A stretch of 64,000 nucleotides of DNA from Octopus bimaculoides (Eukaryota): NCBI RefSeq assembly GCF_001194135.2, contig NC_068992.1:31727257-31791256 (forward strand), given 5' to 3'. Each line of letters opens with the position of its first letter. Position 1 is the first letter of the stretch. This document shows positions 24,797 through 38,704 of this stretch, piece by piece. A program made the position numbers and the translations under genes. A model generated the notes under the pieces. That model had not been told where the DNA came from. It searched no databases and worked only from the letters and a program-made list of their open reading frames with translations.

Positions 24797-25075
24797 TACA
24801 GTTCTATATTTAAGAGATGAGGAATTATGTACATTATTTACCTTATTTACAATTGACGGATACTTGTCCTCATCTTGTTTATTCTTAACACAACGTTTCG
24901 GCTGATATATCCTCCAGCCTTCACCAGGAGTATTGGGGGAAGTTTCGAGGTATTTTTTATGTTGTTGTTGTTGTTATCATTATTATTATTATTATTATTC
25001 AGGTCACTGCCTGGAATCGAACTCGGAATCTTGGGGCTAGTAGCCCACGCTCTTAACCACTACGCCATATGCCCG
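24797..25075 (-). mobile_element. Composite SINE: tRNA-like head, (AAT/AAC)n linker and hammerhead-like tail
   Basis: Head GGGCATATGGCGTAGTGGTTAAGAGCGTGGG..GAGTTCGATTCCAGGC with A- and B-box-like motifs (24999-25074); tail contains CTGGTGA-A-GGCTG..CAGCC-GAAAC-GTT. Confidence 0.75.
24891..24927 (-). ncRNA. Degenerate minimal type I hammerhead ribozyme motif
   Basis: CUGgUGA, extra A, 5-bp stem II GGCUG/CAGCC with 10-nt loop, GAAAC GUU; core A6 is G here, so probably inactive. Confidence 0.55.
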
Positions 25076-25078
25076 TGG

Positions 25079-25112
<34 letters not shown>

Positions 25113-25124
25113 ACTAATAATAAT

Positions 25125-25960
25125 AAAACGGAAAACAAAGGAGGAAGTAGAAAATGGATATAAAGAAGAATTACGCAAGAAGGGACTACACAATCAATTT
25201 TATGTAGCAGCAACAGAAGTTGCTGGAAAAAATAGGCGGGGTTGACTGATGAGAAGGACCCTAAAAAGAAGACCGAAAGCACTATACTAGCAGCGCAGAA
25301 CCAAGTTTGGCCACGAACTGGAGGTTCAGCCTTAGGAATGAGCTAGTGTCTCTGCTGTGTCGCATCTGCAAGGGACTGGGTGAAATCATTGCACATATCA
25401 CAAACAAATGCCCTAGTCTTGCCCAAAACAATTACAAGTTGCAGCGACACGACCAGGTAGCGAAAGTGTTATATTGGGGGCTAGAGAGAAGCAAGTCGTG
25501 GTATGAACACAGACCGCAGACAGTGGCAGAGTCGGAGAGTAGGAAAATCCTGTGGAATTTCCCAATCCAAACAGATCCGGTGCTAGTCCGGACCTAGTGG
25601 TACCCCACTTATGCTATATGTTGATGCTGCAGGCCCGTTTGACCCACGAATAGTCCGGGAGGAAGACGAAAAGATAGATAGACACAACCCCCTTAAGTAC
25701 GAAATAGCCAGGCTATGGAAAATGAAGTAGGTGAAGATAGCGCTGATTATTGGGTCATTGAAAACTGTATCAGAAGTAATGAAGAAGAATGTAAAGGGAA
25801 TAGGAATAGAGTGCCCAGTAGAACTGTTACAAAACGTTTGCCTCCTTGGAACGGCTAGAATAATCAGGAATGTATTAGAGAGCTGAAAAAACGGATACCA
25901 TGGTACCGTAAACTGCATGTAATAAGTCCGTTAAGCATGTACGACTCCAGATAGAGAGAT

Positions 25961-25965
<5 letters not shown>
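25125..25965 (+). mobile_element. R4/Dong-like element 3' fragment (CCHC and RLE endonuclease), (AAT)n on both sides
   Basis: CRICKGLGEIIAHITNKCPSLAQNNYKLQRHDQVAKVL, KILWNFPIQTD, PDLVV, LLQNVCLLGTARIIRNVLES*. Confidence 0.85.
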
Positions 25966-26005
<40 letters not shown>

Positions 26006-26006
26006 T

Positions 26007-26092
26007 AATTCGTTTTATTGGCTACAAGGGCTAATATCAATTAAAAACATATAAGGACAAAGACAGGACGAAGGTTACAAAAGGTTTTGTCC
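26007..26092 (-). mobile_element. Second, shorter copy of tail 'D' within (AAT)n
   Basis: 86 nt matching 21620-21705 with one mismatch. Confidence 0.7.
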
Positions 26093-26131
<39 letters not shown>

Positions 26132-27045
26132 NNNNNNNNNNNNNNNNNNNNNNNNNNNNNNNNNNNNNNNNNNNNNNNNNNNNNNNNNNNNNNNNNNNNN
26201 NNNNNNNNNNNNNNNNNNNNNNNNNNNNNNNNNNNNNNNNNNNNNNNNNNNNNNNNNNNNNNNNNNNNNNNNNNNNNNNNNNNNNNNNNNNNNNNNNNNN
26301 NNNNNNNNNNNNNNNNNNNNNNNNNNNNNNNNNNNNNNNNNNNNNNNNNNNNNNNNNNNNNNNNNNNNNNNNNNNNNNNNNNNNNNNNNNNNNNNNNNNN
26401 NNNNNNNNNNNNNNNNNNNNNNNNNNNNNNNNNNNNNNNNNNNNNNNNNNNNNNNNNNNNNNNNNNNNNNNNNNNNNNNNNNNNNNNNNNNNNNNNNNNN
26501 NNNNNNNNNNNNNNNNNNNNNNNNNNNNNNNNNNNNNNNNNNNNNNNNNNNNNNNNNNNNNNNNNNNNNNNNNNNNNNNNNNNNNNNNNNNNNNNNNNNN
26601 NNNNNNNNNNNNNNNNNNNNNNNNNNNNNNNNNNNNNNNNNNNNNNNNNNNNNNNNNNNNNNNNNNNNNNNNNNNNNNNNNNNNNNNNNNNNNNNNNNNN
26701 NNNNNNNNNNNNNNNNNNNNNNNNNNNNNNNNNNNNNNNNNNNNNNNNNNNNNNNNNNNNNNNNNNNNNNNNNNNNNNNNNNNNNNNNNNNNNNNNNNNN
26801 NNNNNNNNNNNNNNNNNNNNNNNNNNNNNNNNNNNNNNNNNNNNNNNNNNNNNNNNNNNNNNNNNNNNNNNNNNNNNNNNNNNNNNNNNNNNNNNNNNNN
26901 NNNNNNNNNNNNNNNNNNNNNNNNNNNNNNNNNNNNNNNNNNNNNNNNNNNNNNNNNNNNNNNNNNNNNNNNNNNNNNNNNNNNNNNNNNNNNNNNNNNN
27001 NNNNNNNNNNNNNNNNNNNNNNNNNNNNNNNNNNNNNNNNNNNNC

Positions 27046-27083
<38 letters not shown>

Positions 27084-27439
27084 AAATATATTTATATGTG
27101 TGGGGTGGGGTGTCTGCAGTAGTGGTTTTGCGAATGAATGTATAGTCGTATTTTAACTGATATACAATTCTCGTTTTTCAGAAAAACAGGAACACACAAG
27201 CAACATGAATATAACCTTTTTGGCAGATAATAACATCATAAATGAATTTATGTGTCTATTCATTATTTCTGCCTCCAATAAAATAATCATTCTTTCACAC
27301 GCAATCTATTTGATAACATTTAATATCTCCAAATATTTGAATTTAGACATGTTACGCGTTTTTCTCCTCATTTTCTCTTCATGATTTTTTCTAGACACCT
27401 GTCACTAATCAGTAATTCCATCACATTAACTTCATTAGC

Positions 27440-27720
27440 CACCTTCTTCTTCATCTTCTTCTTCTTCTTCTTCTTCTTCTTCTTCTTCTTCTTCTTCTTC
27501 TTCTTCTTCTGCTTCCTTTTCTCAATCTTCCTCCTCCACCTCCTCTTCCTTCTTCTTCTCTTCCTTCATTTTCTCCCTTCTCCTCCACCTCCTCTTCCTT
27601 CTTCTACTCCTTCCTTTTCTCTCTTCTCCTCCTCCCCATCTTCCTTCTTCTCCTTCCTTTTCTTCCTTTCTTTTTCCGATACTTTTCTTCCCCTCACCAC
27701 TTCCTCTTTTTCTACTGACT
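27440..27720. repeat. (TTC)n and pyrimidine-rich low-complexity tract
   Basis: Read directly. Confidence 0.9.
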
Positions 27721-28959
27721 CCCGTAATTTTTCTTATATCGTATATTCCCTCTTAACCTTGTTTTTCATCGTCTTGATTTTCAATTCTGCAATCAATATT
27801 ATCAACATCATGACGTATCTATCACAACATTGCAAATATTACGAATATAGGTACTGACTTTATTTACAGGAATTCATGGAACATATAAGTTTTTCGAAGT
27901 GTTGTAAATCGTAGGTCATATCTGGGTGTAATTACGTTACAAAAACAGTGTATTAATGACCTAAATATAAAGGAATGTACATCAATTTCGAATGTTCCCG
28001 TTGAAATATTTATAACAACAGAAAATATCCTTACAGGTAAAAATGTGTAGATTCTGGAATATGTCATGGATTCGTTCGTTGCTAGAAATAAATGGTGGAT
28101 ATACTTGTTTTCAGTTGTCGACACTTCAATGTGCATGGCTGGAGAATGGAATAGAATTCCTTTTTCTAATCATGTGGCATATTCTTAAGCATTCTGTGGT
28201 GGTTACTTTCTCAAGACAACACCTCTCTTGTTTACCAGAATCTTCCCCATAATTCCACTTATAATTTGTCAGTGAACACAACGTTACATCAGCTGCTCTT
28301 TATTGTACAGCATGAACACCGCGTGGCTTGAACTATCAACATCTACACAGCATCTTGGGTGTATTCAATTATCTCACTCTTTCTCTTAGAGCTGTTCAGA
28401 TCGACGCTTCCCAATCATTGCACCATCACGTAACTCTGGTTCATGTATGCCCGTGAGACAAACATATCGATATAGATGTTTGAAAGTCTATGAGGATTAC
28501 TTAATGCAACTGTAAAATGTGATTTCTTAAATTATTGTTTTTTTTTAAATGCTATGAAATCTTTTATGGGGAGGTTACTAAACATTTTGGGGGAAGAAGA
28601 GTTTTTCACGTATGTGAGCGCTTTCGTTACGTCTTTTTAAACATACGTGCTCTTAATTATTTTCGTGTTAGTGGTAGAATTATTTCTAGTTTATTTTTGA
28701 ACTTTTGTTTTGGTCATAAATATACTTTCACCATTGTTTATTATATGGAGTGGTGACTTTAGAATTCTTATAAAGTGGTGACTTAGAATTAATATAAAGT
28801 ATTCATCTCTTGCCTTTTGTAGTTGGACATATTTATCGTTTAATTTGTAAAATGAGAATACTTTAAATTTCCATTTGCACAAATATATAGATATTCACTG
28901 CGTGGGACATTCCTAAGAGATGAAACCCTAAATTGTTGTTTATACACATTTACACGGTT

Positions 28960-29350
28960 AGTCAGTTTCCGTCATGTCCCCTCCATGTAGATTTCATTAC
29001 ATTGTGGGCATGTGATGCAGTTGATGAGGGTTTTTTTTTTTTTTGAAATTCGTGTTTCCATTCACTTTTCATTCCTTCCCAATCTTGGGTCTTTGGTTTT
29101 CCCTTGCTTAATAAAGTTGCGTTTCCCACAACGGGGATCTCCACAGTTGGTTCCTAGCATCGTTTCTTTTCCAAATGTGAATCACTTGAGGTTAGGTGTT
29201 TGTCTTCGACTGTTTATAATTCGTGATCTTTTAACTATTCGTTGGAGACCTGGTGATAGACATATAATTGGGATGTATCGTTTGGCTGAGTGGAGAATGT
29301 TGTTTCTAGGATTGTGGGTGACTACAAAAGAAATATGTTTTTCTTATTTT
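28960..29350 (-). mobile_element. Penelope-like element fragment (linker and GIY-YIG remnant)
   Basis: VVTHNPRNNIL..IINSRRQTPNLK, NCGDPRCG and TLINCITCPQCNEIYMEGT. Confidence 0.65.
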
Positions 29351-29897
29351 CATTTTCACACCTAGCTAAAATATACACCCAGCTAAATTAAACACCCTAC
29401 TTACATTCTTTTGTAAACCCTTACAAAATTCCATTGCACAATTTTGACGCACGGAATTGCTAAGATTTGAACTAGTGGACTAAACATTGAACCTTTGACA
29501 TTTACATTGTTATAGCAAATGACTAAATCCATTAAAGTGAAAAAGAACTATAACTACTCGCCATCCTAGATATACCTACATCCTTTCCGTGAACAGCTAA
29601 AAGCAATGGGATGATCTGAAATATACACACCGACTTGCAAATTTCTACATACGTGAATAAATTCAAAACCATGATATAACCCCAAATTACATCAAAAAAT
29701 ATTTCCCCAAAACTCAACTCTGTCATAACCGAGACTACGAACTAATTATCATTCCACACAAGCCACTGTACTAAAGGAAGGTTTTAACTCAACAGACTAT
29801 ACAGGCAAGATGAACTTTAGTGTCTCGCAGTCCGACGATACCTTAGCTGGTTCAAACTTCAAAATCACTGTCAATAATATTCTTGTTTATATATATC

Positions 29898-29966
<69 letters not shown>

Positions 29967-30730
29967 NNNNNNNNNNNNNNNNNNNNNNNNNNNNNNNNNN
30001 NNNNNNNNNNNNNNNNNNNNNNNNNNNNNNNNNNNNNNNNNNNNNNNNNNNNNNNNNNNNNNNNNNNNNNNNNNNNNNNNNNNNNNNNNNNNNNNNNNNN
30101 NNNNNNNNNNNNNNNNNNNNNNNNNNNNNNNNNNNNNNNNNNNNNNNNNNNNNNNNNNNNNNNNNNNNNNNNNNNNNNNNNNNNNNNNNNNNNNNNNNNN
30201 NNNNNNNNNNNNNNNNNNNNNNNNNNNNNNNNNNNNNNNNNNNNNNNNNNNNNNNNNNNNNNNNNNNNNNNNNNNNNNNNNNNNNNNNNNNNNNNNNNNN
30301 NNNNNNNNNNNNNNNNNNNNNNNNNNNNNNNNNNNNNNNNNNNNNNNNNNNNNNNNNNNNNNNNNNNNNNNNNNNNNNNNNNNNNNNNNNNNNNNNNNNN
30401 NNNNNNNNNNNNNNNNNNNNNNNNNNNNNNNNNNNNNNNNNNNNNNNNNNNNNNNNNNNNNNNNNNNNNNNNNNNNNNNNNNNNNNNNNNNNNNNNNNNN
30501 NNNNNNNNNNNNNNNNNNNNNNNNNNNNNNNNNNNNNNNNNNNNNNNNNNNNNNNNNNNNNNNNNNNNNNNNNNNNNNNNNNNNNNNNNNNNNNNNNNNN
30601 NNNNNNNNNNNNNNNNNNNNNNNNNNNNNNNNNNNNNNNNNNNNNNNNNNNNNNNNNNNNNNNNNNNNNNNNNNNNNNNNNNNNNNNNNNNNNNNNNNNN
30701 NNNNNNNNNNNNNNNNNNNNNNNNNNNNNN

Positions 30731-30764
<34 letters not shown>

Positions 30765-31049
30765 GTATTATAATGCAGTTGTTGTTAGTAACATGTAAAT
30801 CTCAGATTGTAAAATACTTATCCATAAAAAATCGCTAAGGAATGGCCATGAGACACGATCCGACAATTTCTGATAAAGAATGGTCTGTGTTTTTCTGTTC
30901 AAAAGCGTTTTGTAAACAATTTTTATTCGCTATCATCTATAGCAAAAGAAAAAAAGTTTTCACGTTCTCTCACCACTTTGTAAATATGTATGACGTCTAG
31001 AATATGTATTGTTGTGTGTTTTCTTGCGTGTCGTTGTGTAATACTATCT

Positions 31050-31232
31050 CGCCCTAACCGCTTGACATCCGGTATTTGTTCTTATATCACCATAAGTTAC
31101 AGGTTCGGCAAAAGTGACCAATAAAATAGTTACCAGGCTTCACAAATCTGTGTACTAGGCGTCGATTTCTTTGATTAAACACTTCAAAGCAGAACACCTC
31201 AACGCGTTTCCGCAGTCTAATGACTGAAATAC
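31050..31232 (+). mobile_element. SINE family 3, 3' part, diverged
   Basis: AACCGCTTGACATCCGG..GGTTCGGCAAAAGTGACC..GCAGTCTAATGACTGAAA; reverse-strand relatives at 38705-38830 and 50620-50760. Confidence 0.6.
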
Positions 31233-32967
31233 GTAGATGTATATATGTATGTATATGTGTTCATATATATATATATATATANNNNNNNNNNNNNNNNNNN
31301 NNNTATATGTTTATACATGCATGCATGAATATAGTCATATAGATAAATGTGTCCTGTATTAATATACATACAAACACGCACACACACCCACAGAAACAGG
31401 CATGCAAACACACATATACTTCATTGTTGTATAGTGAAGGCTAAACTGTTGTCGGTACCGCAGCCGGCGCTGCAATGCTCACTAACAAGCTTGCATGTGT
31501 TACATAGTTTTCTACCAACATCCTAAGCAACGACCGATTTGTCTTACTTTTGGAATCAGTCTTGATTTGGAGATTCTGGATAGAATTTTACCTACTGCCT
31601 AGCCTTTTCTCCACAATTTCCTTATTTAATAGTCGTTATTGTGTTCAAAATTCTTAGATTTACACGAGTACACTCATGAAATATGAAAGTTTTCACGCAT
31701 GGCGTAGTTGAACCATTTACGTTCACGTGTACTTCTGGATTTCCGAACCACGGGTAAATAAGTGCTACTCACTGACATTCATTTTTACTTGATGTGTGTA
31801 GCTTTATAGAAGCGTAATTCAGGCGTCTCCTTCCACAGATGTCCGTTCTCCGGAGTTCTTTATGCACCAAAGGATTTTCTGGAAGTGGCATGTGATTCTG
31901 ATATATATTGCAATGTTCTTCTTAAGATGCATTACAATTTGAAGTGGGAATTCTGACAAATATCGGATGATTTTTCGAAATATTCTAATGTAAAATTACT
32001 GTTAATATGTCGAGAATTCCTCCGTGTAGCATGATAAGCTATATTAGCTCCTAGTCATATTATGGGATCAGAAGCTATTTTGAAGATATGCATGCGATAT
32101 CCTCGTAACAGAACATTTTTTATAATTACAGCCTTTTCCATGGTACGTGAGTATTTAATAATATGCGGGGTAAGCCTTGTTAGCCCAGATTAGCGAGCTA
32201 CTTAAACTATTTATCAATGGCAAACATCTCGTTAAATAGTAAAATCAAGACAGAATCTAAGAAATAGAGTAGATGCTATTAGATAAGGGAAATATATTGT
32301 AATTTGACAGAAGATAGAATACTAGATAAACAAGTGGTTGAACATTGTATGATGCATTCTACTTGAATAATTATTCGATTTATAGTGTGAAGTTTCAGAT
32401 GTCTTACATGAATCCTTCATTTGAAAAGGAAGAAACTATAGATATTCAATGTATGATAAAGATAGGCAAAGTTGTTATAGTTTTGGTCATTGACTCGTAT
32501 CAGAAGTCGGAATATAGTCCTTCTTTCCAAGGGTAACGAATAGAGTAATATATACTTTTAGAAAACTTTTATTCATAAAACTGTTGGAAACCATGGATTG
32601 TGATTCTAACTGCACCTTCGAAAACAATTGTCCCCGAGAGACTAAAAACTTCGTAAAGCGTTAATTTTGCAACTAAAATATGTGATGGGTAACCAGACAT
32701 AAACTTTAAACTCTGCGCTTCACAACTCATTCTTTAATATCTGTAAAACGAAAAGGTTATAATATCTATGAGATCAAAAATATTAAAAAGACTGAGTAAA
32801 CGGACACAACAGTTTAGTCCTATGGAAGACATTAGAGCAAAAATGATATTAGGCAATTCAGAGATCGTGAGTAACTATAATGCTTATGAAAGAAGGTCTG
32901 AACATAGGGGATTGGCCAACAATAGGTGATGCATGCCAATGCAGAGGTCGATGTATACACCCCCCTG

Positions 32968-32999
<32 letters not shown>

Positions 33000-33233
33000 T
33001 GTATGTATGTATGTATGTGTATATATATATANNNNNNNNNNNNNNNNNNNNNNNNNNNNNNNNNNNNNNNNNNNNNNNNNNNNNNNNNNNNNNNNNNNNN
33101 NNNNNNNNNNNNNNNNNNNNNNNNNNNNNNNNNNNNNNNNNNNNNNNNNNNNNNNNNNNNNNNNNNNNNNNNNNNNNNNNNNNNNNNNNNNNNNNNNNNN
33201 NNNNNNNNNNNNNNNNNNNNNNNNNNNNNNNNN

Positions 33234-33268
<35 letters not shown>

Positions 33269-33369
33269 TAGATAGATAGATAGATAGATACACGCATGTG
33301 TGGGTAAAGCAGATATAATATAAGAAAGATTCAAAACAGATTGTGTGACTATAGGAGATCACCTTTAAA

Positions 33370-34600
33370 CTTGGTGCTAAAAATATTTACAACTAATGGA
33401 CACAGCTACGGGATGACATTTGCACTCTCATACGCTATTTTCATATGGCTTTTTTAGAAGAAAAACTGTAGACGGAGTATAGAAAATTTCTGACCAAAAT
33501 TTTAACAAACGTATCATTAAACAGTTAAAATGCTTTAATCAAAAAATGATCTACAAGTATTCAATGAAATTTTGAACACCCTTCACACGTTTATCAAATT
33601 CACGACAGAAACCAGTTATAATGATATAATATTCTTAGTTGTTCACGTAAACATACGGGATACCTCAGTAACAGTGGATGTATTTTACAAAATGGGACGC
33701 ATCCATTTTTTAAAATTCTACGCTTGTCATCCCTCACACATTAAATGGAACACTCCATACAGTATGGCAAGGTGTATCAATGGAATTGCAGTAGATCCGA
33801 AAAGATATCAAATTCGACTCAGATGCTTCCTAAATAAACAATAGCAAACGTTAAAATGAGTTAAGTAATAGATTTATAAAGACTATAGCTCTGAACACCA
33901 TGTACCTGAAGACATCTAAGAAGCATATTAGAGAAAATACTATTTCACCTATCAATACACATATTCCAGGAGTGATCTATACATTTTTCACACTATAAAA
34001 ATACCCTAAAAAACACTTACAAAGCCCCAAAATCAAAACAAATATGTTTGATGAAAGCCTTGTAGGAAACAGTAAACGTCAGGCAAAAAAATATATAAAC
34101 ATCACAAGAGAACAAAATTGAACACCAGAGGATAATTCAATATTCTCTTTGAAGGACTACGGAGATAACAGATGTGGAATATGTAACAACAACAATTATG
34201 GAACACTGGTTCCCATTCCAAGCTTAGAAGTGGATTTTCGTTCCAGGTAAATGCAAATGTGAACTGAAAGACACAGAATATCATACACGACATAACCTAC
34301 CCCAATGCTACGGAAAGCAACGGAATTGCATTTTATCTTCCCATTACTGGAACAAAAATAACTGGAAACATTCGACACACAATATACACATAGTCATTCA
34401 CACCATACACACACACACACATCACAACCTTCTATCCAAAACAATTTTGATAGAATCTATTTTCTATAGCTAACATGACAACCGACAAAATAGTAACTAA
34501 ATCAAAATTGACATCTTGAATAGTTATGAACTTCGACAATCCTCAAAGAGACCCATTTTATACAACTGGGTAACATTCAACTGAACATAAGAATACAATA
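33370..34600 (+). mobile_element. Penelope-like element, heavily decayed
   Basis: LNTLHTFIKFTTETS..IIFL..VDVFYK..FYACHPSHIKWNTPYSMARCI resembles the Penelope RT C-terminus and thumb; possible GIY-YIG remnant near 34250. Confidence 0.7.
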
Positions 34601-34628
34601 CAGTTTCAATCATTCTAGAACAGAGTCA

Positions 34629-34742
<114 letters not shown>

Positions 34743-34744
34743 AC

Positions 34745-34784
<40 letters not shown>

Positions 34785-36459
34785 ATTCATTTTTATTTCT
34801 CTTACGTGTGTTTCTTTTTCTTCATTTCTCCCCTTAACGAAGACTCAAAACGTTTATCAGATATATACATACACACGCATAAAATCACACACACATATAT
34901 GTACACACACTCAAAATAACACAGAACATTCTCTTCTCCATTGAACACCAAATTTGTTTCAACTAATTCAAATATATATCAAAGGCATAGATTTTCTGTA
35001 AAGATGTCATTCCTCATGATTCAACGAAATCATCCAAAATTCTGACTACCTCCTTTTATTAATATATATCTGTACACTAATTCAAACAAATTGTATTCTA
35101 TTTTCCTGTTCACGCCTTCTGCGTAAGTACTTATTTTCTGTCGCCCCCAATTTTCAGCACGTTTTGCTGTCTGTTGTGCTTGTTTCTATTCCTTCTGACG
35201 TTAAAAATATTTCTGTCTCCTGCCTGGCCCTGAGTCCTTATTTTATTTATTTTAGTTCGTATGTGTACATTTTGTCTTGTCTGTTTCATCTTTCTCCCTC
35301 GTCTGCCCACTAATGATTTCGTCTTTAATCACATTTATTTCACGTTTGGTTACTCTTTGGTTAAAACAATTGAGTTATCTCCCCACGTTTTATGAGAAAT
35401 ATCAGTACTTTAGCTATCTCCCTCAACTAAAAAAAAGAAAAAGATTTTAACACTTTATCAGAAAAAAGTGAAAAGATCAAATATTCTTATTGAATCTGAT
35501 AATATTTCTATAACAAATCATACAAAACTGAAAAGATTAATAAACATGAAAACTGAAAAAACTTGAACATCTTATTGAATCTTCTTTTTGTAGTTTCAGA
35601 TCAAAGCTGTGACCATGCTGGGGCACCGCCATTCGGATAACACTTTTATAGCAAATCATACTATGTCTATGGATGACAAATGACAAAAATGTATTTAAGT
35701 ATTGAATCAAAAGGATCTAACTCTTTTAATCCAATCTCTAGTCACAAACTCATATTTTTTAGTCGAGAGATAACCCAGTTTTTTATGGCAATTTTTTAAT
35801 GGGGCGTGAGATAACCAAAAATACCCATGTTTGTATGATTACTTTCTGTATAGCATGGTTCTTTATTTCTTGTTTGTTCATTGGCGTTCTGTAGTGTTTC
35901 GTCCCTTGTTCGTTGGCCCACAATCCATCAGTGAGGATCAATATTATCGTCTGAAGGCGCTAAATTGTAGGGAATCTTTGGCCGATAACTGATGAGTACT
36001 TGGCAACACACAGCGTCTGTTTTCCGTTTGTTTGTACATCTATTATATGTTTTTCTTAAACACCCTGTTTATTCACGTTCATTTCATTTTATATTATTTT
36101 ATTGTTTATTTGTTTTTATCTACTTAATTTTCCCTTTTTGTAGTAATTTCTTCTATTTTATCTGTCTTTAATTACTTAATTCCATTTATATATCTATCTA
36201 TTATATTAGTTTAATACTATTATCATCTAATTGGGTCTAATTGTCATCAGGTTGTGGTGTGTGGGGGGGTGCTAGTGTTCCATTCTAGTTTACTATTTAG
36301 GTTAAGTTTATTTTTTATTACACTGGCGAACACAATTTTTGGTGCCAAGAAACAAAGCACGTTTTTAGCTGATTTGATGGTCCATATTCCGAAAAAAAAA
36401 ATTTCATGGTTAGCTATCGTTTTTGCTGTACTAAAATTGCTCATTTTTGGAAAATGATT

Positions 36460-36900
36460 TACCAGGGTGCCAAGAATTCTTTCGTATCCCAGTTACGAAG
36501 AAACCGGATATTATAATATGGGGGGAAAGAAAGTGGTAAATCTAGTCGAGTTAGCAGTTTCTCATGAAGATAAAATGGACGCTACTCGAGGTCCAAAGTT
36601 TGACCGTCATGTAAACCTCTTCGAGGAATGTGAAAACGTAGGACGAAAGGCGGAGCATTTCGAATTGAAGTCGGATTTAGCGGATTTGTTAGGCACAGTG
36701 TGAGGTGACTGTTGTTATCGATAGGCCCAACTCATCGTAAAGCAAATACCACTATGAGTGATATCGAAATTACAGTGGAAAAGGTTAGCCACTGGATTTG
36801 GTTAACAGACGATGAGTGATGGCTAGAAGAATATTGAGTGATATCTGATAACCCCTTGATTTAGCAAGCGCGGCCTCATTTCAGTGAAGTGGGTGGTTTG
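36460..36900 (+). mobile_element. HERO-like RLE non-LTR retrotransposon 3' remnant
   Basis: KKVVNLVELAVSHEDKMDATRGPKFDRHVNLFEECENVGRKAEHFE resembles ELTVPWE..ERK..Y..L.EEC..GW.A; then SHWIWL. Confidence 0.55.
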
Positions 36901-38704
36901 CAAAGTTGCCATCGAGAGGTAGGATACGAAATGGCGCGCATTTTCTCATGATGACTCCATACACTTGATGGCTTTCGGTGTGTGGAGCTTTCGACTGATA
37001 ACACTTGCATGTGCAAGTCGTTTGCAAAATAACATTCAGATAATTTTAACTAAAGAATAACTTTTCTGTCCTTTTAATAATTTATATCACACGAAAATTG
37101 TTATTCATAAACGTAATGTCCCAACTAATCTGACTATATATACCTATATTTGTAAACTAGAAGTGCTCTTAAGGGAAGATTATATAACAATACTCACATC
37201 TCAAGTGACGTGACATAGCTAAAATTATGTCACTGGATGAAAAAAGTTTGTGAGGCATGAATAATTAAGAAGTTTATTTCTAAAAATTACACAAGTGAGG
37301 AGGTCGATGAGCATTATTATTAACTATATTATCATCAGGAATATTAATCTGCTGTTCATATGCAGATGCATGAGACCAGTATTTATCATTAAATGTATTA
37401 GATCCATTCCCATTATCCAGGATTAAACAGGGGTTGACGCAGTCTTTGTTATTCTAGATAATAATCTTATTCGCCGGGGTGATTATTAATACATGGATTG
37501 GTAACACTGTTGCTCCAATCAACTTGCATTTTCTCATTATTCAAGTCCTACATCATCGTCATTTATATTTAAAACGCTACAGGCACCTTGGGAGTAGGAT
37601 CTACTATTATCCAACTTAAGGATAACGGCCCTATGGATAATGTAAGCACAACTCTGTCGTCATAACTGCTGGTACATGCTTAAACAGCAGTTATACGTTG
37701 TAGCAGCAACCTGTTGAACAATCTCATGGCAGCTGTTGCCTCTGACCTGATTACCCTTAACACTGGTAGAGATAGTAGCAGTCATAATTATATAGGCAAT
37801 CACGCTGACAGTACCCTTATATTGATAGCTTTATATTATGATGTACTCATTTTTGAGTACATGAAATAAAATGCTACTGAAACAGCTGCCGCAAATTTTC
37901 AATGTCATTTTTTAGTACATCCATTATAACTACTCAACATTAACGACTCTCTTGGTGAGACGAATCTATGCTTTAAAATAAGATATGTGTCTACTTTACC
38001 ATCACTTCAACCTTCAAAGTTGTATTATTTCAATGTGATTTCTACTTGAACGTCCATCGGCATTAAAGGTGTGATGCAGATTTATAGACCTTGTTTCTTG
38101 ATAGTAATATACATACATACACACACATCATGAACTAACTCTCTCTATATGTATATTACTTATAAATTATTTATAAAAATAATTACTTATAAAATATAAC
38201 TACAGATTTTTCAGCTCCTTTATGCCTAGCTAGATTCTCAACTCATATTGTAATCTTTGATATGTAACATAGTCAACCTACCAAATATAGAAACGTACAA
38301 TTTTTCAAAGAAACTTTATTAACGACTTTGTCTCATCCTTATCTCCTCTACACTGTTATTTTTTTCTCAACCGCTCAATAACACTTCTTTATAATCGAAC
38401 GGTTTTTCAGTATTCTTAGCCGCAGAAAATAATTACTTTCTTAATTCTGTAATATTAACAACTATTCTTATATCTTTATTTCTTTATCTTATATTTTTCC
38501 CCATTAGTTTAAGCTATTAAGTACTCGCTCACAATACCGTATCTTCTTTTCGTTTGAAATCCAAGTAACTTAAATAAAACCATATTAACTATTTTCTATT
38601 TCTTCTTCTCGAAAAGGAATTTTTGCTTTAATAATTTCTTTAACTGTACACCATACTTACTATTACTTAGTCATAAATCAGGATTTATTCTTTGTAGAGC
38701 ACGT

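Noticed and set aside
24999-25075. tRNA gene
   Set aside because: A- and B-box-like motifs are present but I cannot fold a convincing acceptor stem; it runs into a microsatellite and repeat tail, so it is a SINE head.
26037-33362. Long ORFs in the track (for example 336, 352 and 342 aa; similar ones at 3489-4218, 38903-39444, 42932-43703, 52705-53331)
   Set aside because: Artefacts of N gaps and microsatellites (poly-X, YIYI, CVCV and poly-F/L/R runs).
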